Below, piece after piece: positions 1 to 12,600 of a DNA stretch of 64,000 nucleotides (positions within the stretch are counted from its first letter, which is position 1; every line of letters begins with the position of its first letter). The stretch covers positions 14,840,101-14,904,100 of the forward strand of contig NC_092677.1 in assembly GCF_964355755.1 (NCBI RefSeq), read 5' to 3'. The DNA comes from Antedon mediterranea (Eukaryota > Animalia > Echinodermata). Both the position numbers and the translations under genes were made by a program. The notes below the pieces were generated by a model. The model searched no databases and was not told the DNA's origin. It worked only from the letters and a program-made list of their open reading frames with translations.

Positions 1-1714
1 ACCTAGGTATAGACCAGTAGAATTTCAACTAAAGCTATACAAAATATTTGAGGAATGCTTTTAAAAACGTAGACCTTAACTGTGACGTATATTGAAACAC
101 AGACATGGAATGCATTTCAACTTGGAATTTTATGCGTCGACGGTTCAGTAGTTTACCTTCAGTACCTTCGTTTTTTTACACTAAAATCGTAAATTTAGTC
201 GTATGCTTCTGTTTTAATGATTAAATTTCATACAATACGTACAGATTATTGTGTTATACTTAGGTTTTAATAATTTTCAGTTTTTGTTTATTTGGAAAAA
301 GTTAGGTGACCTAGCCTTGCGTGATACAGACCACGCGAACCTAATTTGGCAATTTCACTTAATTTGGCGTTACACCTGCTGAGGTTTTATACACTCTTAT
401 ACAAAAGAAAATTGGTTAGTAAAATTATTATGCAAATTAAGCTCCCTACTAAACTATTTTATTTCTACAGTGTGTCACATTGGTACTATGGACAGACTTC
501 AAACAGGACGACCCAAATACATTATTCATAGGCCAACAATATTTCCTTTATTTATTTATTCTGTTTTTTTTAAAAAAGACATTGCAGTACAAAACTGAAT
601 TGCGTCCAATAACATCAATAGAAAAATAGTAATATACAACCATGAAAATAATTATAAAAAAACGATACATACATAGAATCCAGCAAAACTGGACACAAAC
701 ATCAACTATTAAAAATATAAAACTCATTAAAAAAAAATAAAGCATAACATTTACAAGGAAAATCAGGCCTTTTTCCATAGTAGATTTGGTCCCCAGTAGC
801 ACCGGGAATAACAGTTACCGTATGCCTATGCCTATTAGCTAATACAACTGATTATAATGCAATTATATATTGGATTATAGAATATTGGCCTTTGATTTAT
901 TTAAAAAAATACAACGTACGTGCGAGTATTTGTTTTTACGTGTATACTAGCCGAGCCTACTATACGCCTACAGGTACAGCAGACTTATAATACAAATTTA
1001 TAGATTATGTTTGACAAAAGTAAGGGTTGGTGATTCCTTGCTATCTATAAAAGTCATATCCATTAATGGAAATGACATTGAGTCCTCCTGTAATTTGAAC
1101 ATAAAATTCACGGAGCTTGGGTAATTCCACTTTTCTTGTAGTAGGCCTATTTGGTTCCTCTACTGTAATCGCATATAATCAGTTTATTGAAGGAATGTAC
1201 AATAATGTTTTATTAATCACCCAGCTGATTGAAATGATATTGAAATCAATCAAGTGTGCAGTATCATACGTCACTTGCTTACTGAGGTATATCAAATAAT
1301 GGGAGCGAAAAGGGACTTTTATCCCTTCCCATTTACGCGTGTTAAAATGTCTTAAAATCATGATTTTAAGATCTACATGAGATTTTAAAAAATGGGTATG
1401 ACCTTGAAAATAACAAAAAATAAAATGTGAACGTGGAGAAGGATGGTACAAATATAGATAGTCCGGTAGACCTACTAAACATGAATGAGGATTTGATAAT
1501 TATTGCACTATAGATACAATCAAGTGCGGTCACGCATATTGTTTCAAACACATTTTGGAAAGTAATTCTTCATACGTCGCCACATGCCTACCGACATCTT
1601 ATATATGTACAGTGATACCGGGTGTCTATAGCATGTCTTAAGTAGGATATTTCCATCACAGTAATTAATGAGATGTACTTTTACATTATGATAATTGTAA
1701 CACTGTAAACTTAC

Positions 1715-1756
1715 CTCAGCCTTCTGCTTTTCTGAACCGGGTGGTGTCTCCGACAT
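1715..1756 (-). CDS. Possible first coding exon (MSETPPGSEKQKAE) of an unidentified gene running off the left end
   Basis: ATG at 1756, strong donor GAG|GTAAGT at 1715, upstream acceptor tatttcag at ~1769; no recognisable downstream exons. Confidence 0.3.
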
Positions 1757-2371
1757 CTTCCTAGTTACCTGAAATACTACCAAACCTGTCTGAATAGATG
1801 GGCGTGTGCACTAGGCATACAATCTCTGCTAGACTTTCCCTATTATAATTTATTTAGTATAGATTGTGCATAGAGCGCTCGTATTAGACACGGTTGAGCT
1901 TGACTCGCTGAGCTAACTGTCAAAACAACCGGCTTGCTGTGCAGTTTTACTGTGTTCACCAGGTCTCCCACAAGGTCATTTCCTAATTGAATATCTTCAT
2001 TCGAAATAAAGGAAAAACAAGGGTCACCAAATTGTTAACGATATGAGTGGGATATCCGTTATTGCATAATGTCATGGATCTTTGATTTTTAAATGTCCAT
2101 AATCCCGATTAAAAGCCACAGATGACGAAATACTGTAACCTCCGTCCGTGACAATTAAAGTAATTTTTAAAACTGCTGAAAATGAAAATCTCATAGGTAT
2201 GAGCGCAGATACTGTACTTTTTACGTGATCGGAAAAACTCATAATTCAGATTTCTTCCCTATCTGTTTAAAAAATATATACTGTAGTTTAACAGTAAACC
2301 CCTACTTTGAGACACTACCCTATTCTGGTTACATACTTTATTAAGGAGGAAAAATATATTGTTTACCCTCC

Positions 2372-2508
2372 AGCCCCTATTAAGTGGACACCCCTATTAA
2401 GAAAACACGTTGTTGGGTCCCAAAGGTGTCCCTTTAATAGCAGTTCGACTGTTAAACAGTCAATAGTTCGACTGTTAAACAGTTAATAGCAGTTCGACTG
2501 TTAAACAA
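2372..2508. repeat. Tc1/mariner (pogo-like) MITE end fragment with a ~20-bp terminal unit repeated 3x
   Basis: cccctattaagtggacac...gtccctttaatagcagttcgactgt followed by tandem (ag)ttcgactgttaaac copies. Confidence 0.4.
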
Positions 2509-3664
2509 CAATCGAGATACAATAAATATCCTGATTATTGTAGTTAAACCGTGGGTGTAAATAATCAAATACTTGTCGTTCCTATAGAAAAATTATGTTT
2601 CAAGGTTACGTTAAACAATACAATCATTTTACAAGTTGTAAATTCAAACATTGTAGACACGATTAGAGTTTAAAGAACAGGATAAAGCTTTGATTAGCAG
2701 GTTGAACAATTTTAAAGAAAAAAGATTGAAACTCTTAATATGTGAAGGACAGATTCAGGAGGTTTCAGTTTCATTTTTCTATTCTATTGCACTTATTGTT
2801 TGTTTTTAAGTACACTTACTTATATTGAAATCGTCAACAAATCTAACAAAATAAATCTGAGGCCGAAAACTTTTTAAACGATGTAAAGGAAAACTTACCT
2901 AATATGCTTAATTGCATAATAGTTTAATGGAAAAAAACAATGATTATGTTTTCAAATATTTTAATATTTTTCAACCAATAGGTGGAGGTTCAATTACTGT
3001 AGACTTTACACGGAGATGACACATCTTTTGTATATATTACCATGTGTTGTGCAATCCTGATGAGTAATTTAGACTGAAAAGGTAGTGGAGGGGTTGTTAG
3101 AAAGCAAGTTTGAGTAATTACGACTGTTAAATCATCATTTTTGTAATAAATAAATTGAAAGTGAAACGGACAAAAACAACTTTCATGCAGTAGACACTGT
3201 TGCTCTTTGAACTGTACGAACATTAAAGCTTTAACAAAATTCAATCAAATTTCTTCATTAGAAATACAATTCGAAAAACACAATAAGGAACGATATAATA
3301 TGCTAAAAATCTCAATTTTTATTTTGTATGAAATCCAATAATGCTTGTTCTTAGATTATGAACAAGTAAGTTATAATAATAATAGAAAATGTCAAGTAAA
3401 CTTATATGAATGTTGTTTTAAAGAAGACACAATTCATCAAGTGAAGCAATGGTGTAGCTCTATACACATTTTCCGATGCCGTTCCTTTAGCAGTAATTAT
3501 TTACACATCACATTATTGCTAATGATTATCATGACATCATCGCTTTACTAAACATTTAAATAGAATGTAGGCTAATTTCCAGTCGCAATATTTCGTCGCG
3601 GGCATTTATTTTATTTATTATATATTTGTTTCCAATTTACAATCGTAGTATTTTCAATATTGTC

Positions 3665-6600
3665 TTATACTATAGAAATATCAACTTCTTCTATATCTTT
3701 AATTTGATATTCTTCATTGTCGTCTTGGTCTTCATTAAGTGTACTGTGTTCTTCTGCAGCTTCTGTCGTCTTGTTCTGCGGGCCGTTTGTCTCTAGAACC
3801 ACACTATGGTCATTAACAAACGATCTGTTCACTTCGGTATCACTTTGTTCAAGTTTACCTCCGTTAGCATGTTCATCTTTGCTGACGTCACAGTTGTTAG
3901 ATATACTTCTAGTTACATCCTTCTTACCTTCTGTATTATCAATATCAGTTCTTTTTATATTTACCACTTTCTCTTCTGAGTTCATACCAGAACTTCTATT
4001 CTCATCAGCGGTGTTACTTTCTTCCTTGTGTTCACACTTATCTCCGTCTACCTGTTCATGTCTGCTGACGTCACAATTACCAATTTTATCTTTATCTTTT
4101 GCATTTTTCGTATCATCAATAGTTGTCTCTTGCGAATCAATATCAAAACTGTCATTTTCATCAGCGATGTTAGTTTCTTTATTTTGTTCATACTCATTTT
4201 CGTTTGTCTGTACATCACGTATGACGTCACAATTATCAATTTTATCCGTCTTAGAATCTTCTGTATTATTCGTAGCATCATTATCAGTTTTCTCGTGGAA
4301 GTCCACATTATTTGAATGTCCATTCTCTTCGGTTGTATGCCCACCTTCTTTCGTTTGTTCGCAATTATCTCCATCTGCCTCTAAATCTTTGCTGACGTTA
4401 CTGTTACCAATGTCTTTATTAGAGTCTAATACGTCGTTGATTGTTTTTATACTTACAATTTTGTCGTTTAAATCAATATCGCTGGAATTAATATTGCTAA
4501 ATTGAGTTTCTAGATTTCCATCGTCATTATTAGAAATAACAGCAACGGAATTATCACAACCGTTGGTTGTAACTTTCTCTTGTGAGCTCTCAGCTGTTTC
4601 GTCTTCTATAAAAGAATCCATGCTAATTACCTTCTGATTATCTTTCGTTGGAGAAGAGTCTTCGAGTTGAAACTGGTTTATTTTCCATTCAAGAGTATGT
4701 CCCTGTTAAAAGAAATGTTTATAGAATCTTATGAATATATAAACATATTGAAAATTTACAGATCAGAAATGGTGTTTTATGATTCGTTGTATAGAGGGCA
4801 CCAAACACTAACAGTTTAGTAGGTACTTTACTGAAGTCTTGAATCCTGCCCGGTGGTGAAAAATGTGAAAAATGTATGGGTGACGATCGCACTACATACT
4901 ACGGCCCATGGACTTATTGTGGGCACTGAAAGGTATACCTCTCCCTGCTGTGAACGTAGCTTTATAAAATTACATAAGAAAAATGTTAAAATTGTTTACG
5001 AATTTGAAAGATGTTGTCTTACGTCTTTTTCCAAGACAATGACACCTTGAAACGGTATATTATCGTATTTACGGATAACTTTGCATTGATAGTTTCCGGC
5101 ATCCTCGTCAGTCGGTCGGCTTATTTTAAAAAAACTAGTACTGCCATCACGTTCGCAGCTATACCGCCCTCTAGCCGCATTATCTGTAGATGAAGCCAAT
5201 GCATTTCCGTGACCTTGTTTGACTTCACCAGTTTCATCAGCGTGGAACCAGATAAATGAATCTACTTGCTCATTCAACGGTAATGCCATACACGAGAAGA
5301 TTAGCGAGTCAGCGTTAGAGAAGATATCACCAGCAACAACAAGAAGTTTACCTGTTATACAACAAAATGTATTATTGGATTTACAAAATAGTATATTAAA
5401 CATTATGTGGAAAGTAGATAGACCTACCTATTAGGGCATGAGGAAAATGACAAACCGTGTCCGTGACGAGTCGGTATAGGTTGTAAACAAAACTTTAGTT
5501 TAAATATATAAATATGCCCCAATGGTGTATTATGATTCTACCCAATACCCAAAATCGTATAATATAATCGTATAACTATAACAAATGCAATTCAAGTCTA
5601 TTATAAAACTGCTAATCAAAAGTGTGTTTACTTCCGTAACCAATAAACTCAGAAATAAATGACTAAGAAGTTCAGCTCAAAATGTACCGATATGGTGCGT
5701 GAATACAAACGAAAAGACAACGTTGATCATGACAACGATACAGTTGTTTAAAGTTGGCAATACAAATTCGCTATTTATAGCTACTCTTTTGTTGAAATCG
5801 ACATTATGGATATTCCATATTTAGCAGTAATATTAATAAGAGTAGTTATTTGTCATAATTTGAAGGAGATGTCTGGCGTGTACAGGTATCCGATGGAGTA
5901 CCACCGCTGTATTCCAATGACGATATTTTTATTCGTTGTAGTGATATTCGTTGTATATTTAGAAGAGTGGTACACGATTGATTTGATCGAAAGCGAATGC
6001 ACAGTGGTTAATCACAAAACGGATTATCAGGAAACCTGTAACGGTGACGCTAAAAAGACATGCAAAGGCAAAGAAAAATGTCTAAAGATTTTTGTCTCAT
6101 TCAAAGACCATGACTGGAACGACAGAATGGCAAAATTGTTTTTTAGCGAAGAATACCTTTCTGAAAATGACGAGGTAAGAAATGGCAATCTTTTTGTTTC
6201 TATATCGCAGTTAATCCAGGAGCGAAAACGAATTCACTTCCTGATATAACAGCAAGAATGATTGTTTGACCGATTAAGAGGAACACAATAAAAAACGAGT
6301 GACGTTATAATTGAATATCAAGTATGCATTTTTCTTAAATAAAACAAAAGAAACTAGACACCGTCGAAATTCATAATTGACGAATAAACGCAATACAAGC
6401 CGACGTAACATACACGTTAATACCCATTCACACACTAGGACAGTAACGATCGACGATAAATAAATGAATGCCAATTTTTTACTACATAAAACAAGAGAAA
6501 TCTAAAAATGTTTCATCATTAAACCGTAGGATAACCCTATGCTGCCTTTGAAAAATACACACGTCCAATCAAATGACGTGATAATTGTAAGATAAATAAT

Positions 6601-9600
6601 ATCGTGATGCTTTTATTGATCTTACGTCATTAGACTGGATTAAAAAAATGTTTTTATCAAGAAGACAGCAACATGGTTATTCTATAGTTTTAGAATTAAC
6701 ACTTTTATAATTTCTTTTGTTAAATAAAAATAAATTCAAGTTTACCTATATCGTCGATCGTTATCGTCCTAGTTTGTAGCACATTTAACAGTAACTCTTT
6801 AACAATAAATATCTGATCTGACATGATACGGGTATCAAAAGAATAGATATATTGACATTTTGACATTACTTTTTACAATTTTATTCCAGTGCTCTTTTTC
6901 AGAGTGTGAGACTCGAATGAAGGAAGAATCCACAGAAAATGATTATTTTGACTTCCGAAATACCTACACGAAAACAGGAACAACTTTCCGATGTTTCTAT
7001 CATCCTAAAAACGAACAAGCAGTTTTATCGCGAAAGCACAAACGAAAAGTCGCTTGGAAAGCTATTGTGATACCAATTATTTACTTTGTGATTGAAATTT
7101 GTTTGTATAGTAGAAAACGTCAAAATACACGACCAACTGACATAGTTACCCCATTGTAAACATTATGTACCCAGGTCAAGAGAAGAAGTGGACAAATAAA
7201 CTTTGTTTTTTTTAAAAATAAGCCATTGTCAAATTTCCTTGGGTAAATTTGTTTCTACTTTTAACTGAAGCGGGATTCCCCGATAGTTTGAGTATTAGTT
7301 TTACCATGAAAAGTATAATATTGTAGTGCCTGTTATTATGTACAAGGCAACCGCATTAAAGATATTTTCTTTAGTACACAAAATACATTGTTTTGATGTA
7401 TTGATTGAATGAAAAGAGAAATCAACCATGCAAGAAAGTATAAATAATAACGTAACCCGATTCTCTGTACTGTACACGTGGCCTGTCTAGTAGTAGGATC
7501 CGATCATAGGCAAATTCGGCAATACAGTCTCACATATCGTGGCGGCTGTATTATTTTATGGTTAGGTTAGGCTTATGAAAGATGACGCAACGCAAGCGGT
7601 CACATATTATACATTAATTAATGTTTTCTATTTAAAAACATATTAAATTGTATAAACTTACTGTGTATCGTAATCAGAGAAGTGTGCGATGAAGCCCTCT
7701 TGGCGTTGCGCCTGCGCACAAGACATGTGTATTCGCCAGAATCGAATGCGGTGATGTTGTTGATTTCAAGCCAAATTCTGCCTCTGCTATTGGATGTTAC
7801 GTTCATGCGATCTAAAATAGATAATAAGAGATAACATTTAATTATTCAAATGTTGTAGGCCTAAGGTAGAGGATATGCTTGTAGTGTGGTTATGCTAATG
7901 CTACCGAAGCTGTCCATTAAAAGTATCCGCTTTTAAACTTGTAATTATTTTGAAAAAAAAAAGCTGTATTCATCAGCTCAAAATGGAGTGTTAAATCAAA
8001 AGATGTAAGTCATGTAAATACCTTGATTTGTTTTATGAAGATCGATATTTCTAGAAAATAAAAAAATTGAAAATAATGCTTTTATTTCACAATATAAATT
8101 ATAATAATTATTGTAAGTATTGTGAAATGGGCTTTGAGGAGTAGGATCAAACAAACAAAATACGAATAGTCGTCAAGGAGAAATTAGATTGGTAAGTTAG
8201 GACGATAAATCTTAATTATCTTATCTTAATTTTAGTAGTTAATTGTAGTTAAAAGTTATATATAACTTACTCATCTGTTGATGGCATTTCCTTTAAACTG
8301 ATTCGTTCTGTAAAAATATAAAATTTGAATCATTAAATCAAATTGTACTTTGCACAGTGAAAGGAGAAATCGCGCTTTGCTCATAATGATCTAACAACCA
8401 TGTATTGGTACCAACGGTGTTAACAACCATGTATTGGTACCAACGGTGTTAACAACCATGTATTGGTACCAACGGTGTTAACAACCATGTATTGGTACCA
8501 ACGGTGTTAACAACCATGTATTGGTACCAACGGTGTTAACAACCATGTATTGGTACCAACGGTGTTAACAACCATGTATTGGTACCAACGGTGTTAACAA
8601 CCATGTATTGGTACCAACGGTGTTAACAACCATGTATTGGTACCAACGGTGTTAACAACCATGTATTGGTACCAACGGTGTTAACATTTCTTTTATTCAT
8701 TATTTTTTCAATTGTGTATATTTTCTATCTTATATTCTTCTACATTATAAATCACAACTTCCTGTCAACAAATAATTGAGGTTATTATCAAAGTTTATAT
8801 TTTATGGAAACCAGGACCTACCCTTTAAGTTATTTCACAACTAGAATTTAGGCCTATTGCTGAATACATGCAGTGCATAATCAGAATCAATTGAGTTCAA
8901 AACAACTTTCTAATCTAGAAAAGTCTACAGGCCACACGGTAAAGGATGTTTTTATCGTAAAATTAGTAATTAGTAGGCCTAACTGTCTTCTTAAGATTCT
9001 TCTCAACTGACCTGTCAAACTACTGATGCAACTCGGAAATTTCATTAACGGCAACGCACCATTAGGCGTAATCCACTGGACATAATCAGCACGGGCTAGT
9101 CGAGGTCTGTATTTACATTCGATAATAACTGATTTCTTAGAATCTGTCAACTGTTGCTCTGGTACAAGCAGGCGTATCGATTTGAAACAACAGATATATA
9201 CTAAATAATAATAAAAGCCACAAACAAATTGTTAAAATTTCATTATTTTTCCTAGTTACATATAATATCTAGCCTTGCCCAAAGCTTTTAATCATCTTTC
9301 CAGTAATGACTTTCTCTCATACATTTACTGTACATTGGTAACAGATGTATTTATTTTATGAAATGAGCCACAAAGAGAATATTTTACGTCATGTTCTTCT
9401 TTTGTAATAGGGAGCTTTAGGTTTAAGATGACCCATGACCTACTCAGAGATGTGTCTTCTAGACCTAGAAATAACTGTCGAGAAATAGAGTGAAGAAGCT
9501 CGTGCTAACTCCTATCATGCGGACAAGAAGTATGACCTTAACTTGTTCCTATGTTGTCGGTCGTCACAAATAGAAAAACTTTCTATTGTTAACGCCAAAA

Positions 9601-12600
9601 TATAATTAATGTTCTGTTCTTACTCAGGACGATGAATAGTAGCAAGCCAATTAAAGCAGAAGCAACTCCGATGATGAGATATATTTTCAGTGAGTTATCA
9701 TCTTTCCATATTCCTTGTGTTTCTGAAATATTAACAACATTTTTTTCGTTTTTAACACATTATATACACATTCCAATCATATCTCCAATATTTTATTCTA
9801 TTTCACAATGTAAAATTTCAAAAAATATTAAAAAATTAAATCTATTAAATCAAAAATATTTTAATGTTAGCTACTGTAAGAGAATATTTCGTTATTTTTA
9901 TTCTATGATAGCTTTAAATATATTCCTCATACTTTCTTTTGTATCTAAACAAATATACATTTTTGTTTTTTAATACATCAAGCTCGTACACTAGGTTAAT
10001 TGTATGAGCATCAAGTGCTAATTTTGTATTTAAGTATTTTCTGCCAAACATCTGTAATTTTCAAGAAATTAGTTTCAAAGAAGCTGTTTTATTTGCGATT
10101 AGAAAGAAATGTATAACTAATTAAATGCTTAAATATGTAAATAAGTTTTAAAAAAAATTGCTAATGTGAAATAAAAAGTATTGAATAGGTATATTTCTTA
10201 CAATTCAAGTGTAAGGTGTTTTTTTTTAGGTCTATAAAAACTATATTTTATAGGTATTTGCTATGATATTATAGAAATTTTTAAATTAAAACCTGTAAAC
10301 TGAAATTTCAAATGAAATGAAAGAGCTCCAACGAAAGAAAAAACTAGTGCTTGTTTGTGGTTTTGTTTTGTTTAAATAATTGTATCGATAGCAGAATAGC
10401 AATGATACCTGATGTTGAGATCTTGCTAGCGATAGTTGTAGGGTCATTGTCATTAAAAGTAGGCCTAGTATTTGCTGCTGTAGTTGACTCTGTAATTAAG
10501 TGAGTGTAATGCAAATGGTAAGAAATATCAATACAACTTTAAGTAATGCTTGTTTGTGAGTTTGTTTTGTTTCAATAATTGCATCGATAACAGAATGGCA
10601 ATGATACCTGATGTTGAGATCTTGTTTGCGATAGTTGTATGGCCATTGTCATTAAAAGTAGGCCTAGTATTTGCTGCTGTAGTTGACTCTGTAATTAAGT
10701 GAGTTCAATGCAAATGGTAAGAAATATCAATACAACTTTAAGTAATGCTTGTTTGTAAGTTTGTTTTGTTTCAATAATTGCATCGATAACAGAATGGCAA
10801 TGATACCTGATGTTGAGATCTTGTTTGCGATAGTTGTATGGCCATTGTCATTAAAAGTAGGCCTAGTATTTGCTGCTGTAGTTGACTCTGTAATTAAGTG
10901 AGTGTAATGCATATGGTTAGCAATATCAATACAACTTTTACTGTTAATATTTGGTTCTTTGGATATCATATTTTATTTAAATTTTTATATTTATTGATTT
11001 TTTTTATACCATCCGACATAATAGCAAATACATTACATAATAACCTTTTGGTGTCTTATTTTGAGGCTTCTTAAATGAATATTGTCGGTGATGAAATTGC
11101 ATGGATAAAACTTTTATCGGTAATGAAAATGTTATCCATGTAATTGTCATCATCACTAATGAGTAAACGGAGTTCCATACGGAACTGATTTTTTCACCAA
11201 TGGCCCTGATTGGTAACCAAGTATCATCCACCGAGTCAGTGCCACTATGGACTATAGGATATGTAAGATAGATGCTATTTATATTTATAGCTTGTAAGGT
11301 GTTGTGAGCAATAACTAATATTTAGGCTCATCATCATCATCGATGAAATAACAGATACAGACACCATTACCTGTATAAAATATACCTGATGTTGAACTCC
11401 TATTAGGGACAGGAGTTGTATTATTAGTATGGTTAAATTTAGTAATATTTTCACTAACTGTAGTTGTCTCTGTAATTAATTGAATTAATTAATATTAGTA
11501 ATATATTTCTAATTATTAATACTAATTCCAAACTTTTGCTTTCGAATTAATTGAAACTGTTTTGTAATCAGATTAAAACAATGAATACCCGAATATATAA
11601 ATATAGAACGTTAAGATATTTCCAAGCTTTTAATCATTATAATCCAACATTAATAGTAGGCCTATTGCAGTGACGAAATACGCACCATAGCCACACACTA
11701 TTCTCTGTTATATTGAAATTTATACAGTTCGTACAATCATTATTATTTACAATATTACCACACTCAAGATAATATGATTATTAAAGATAGTACTTTAGTT
11801 TAATATGTTTGTAAGAAATTTCTTTTAGAACAACCAAAAAAAAGATGATTAATACGGAGAATTATTTCAGCAACATGATTTATTTTATATAGAAATAGTT
11901 TTCTATCACCCCTGTACTTTATGAATAATGATTTATGACGTTTTATTATTGCATTGTACTGTTCATGTGCTGAAAAACACAAATTACTTACCTATAAGAG
12001 TTATGTTAACTACCATTATGTTACTCGTCTGGTCAGTTTCCAGCTGTTGATAAGCTGAGCTTCGAACAGCACATGTATACTTTCTATCAGTTCCGGAATC
12101 AGTTGCTATACCAACTGTATGGCGTAACTTTACTTCTCCTTTCTTTATTTCGTCTTCAGTAATATTTGTAGAGTTTATTTCTGTCTTATTCTCGAACCAT
12201 GTGACTTCTTCTGGGGATGGATTGCCTTCTGGTAGGATACATGTCAATTCTACATCTTCTCCGGCATTAACTTTGTTTTGTGATACTTTTATCTGCGGTT
12301 TGTCCAAAACTTTGAAAAAAAATACCCCTTTTTTATACTTTCATGTCAATTAGAATCTAACTTTACCATAAAGCAACACTTAATACATTATATTTTGATA
12401 TAAAATATCTTTCATAAAAGATGATAAAATTACTTACAGTTTACATCAAGCTGAACATCTTTTGTAAAGTTGTAACCATCTACACAAATATTACATTGGT
12501 ATGTACCGCTATCGTTGCGATACACATTGTTGAAAGTCAGGTCGTTCTTGTTCTGGTGTAGTGCTATGTTGCCTTCTGCAGTGGAATGTTTTGTCCACCA

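Noticed and set aside
1040-1451. Minus-strand ORF extendable through a TGA (selenocysteine/readthrough)
   Set aside because: No recognisable homology or SECIS; probably a chance ORF
3717-4505. 262-aa Ser/Leu-rich plus-strand ORF
   Set aside because: Antisense shadow of the Asp/Glu/Asn-rich terminal exon
8394-8686. 29-bp repeat as a CRISPR array
   Set aside because: Head-to-tail copies with no spacers, no cas genes, and a eukaryotic intron context
9624-9722. TM exon as the signal peptide of a separate downstream Ig gene
   Set aside because: Both ATGs in the exon are out of frame and hit stops, and the exon has a good acceptor in phase with the stalk exons; not fully excluded without RNA data
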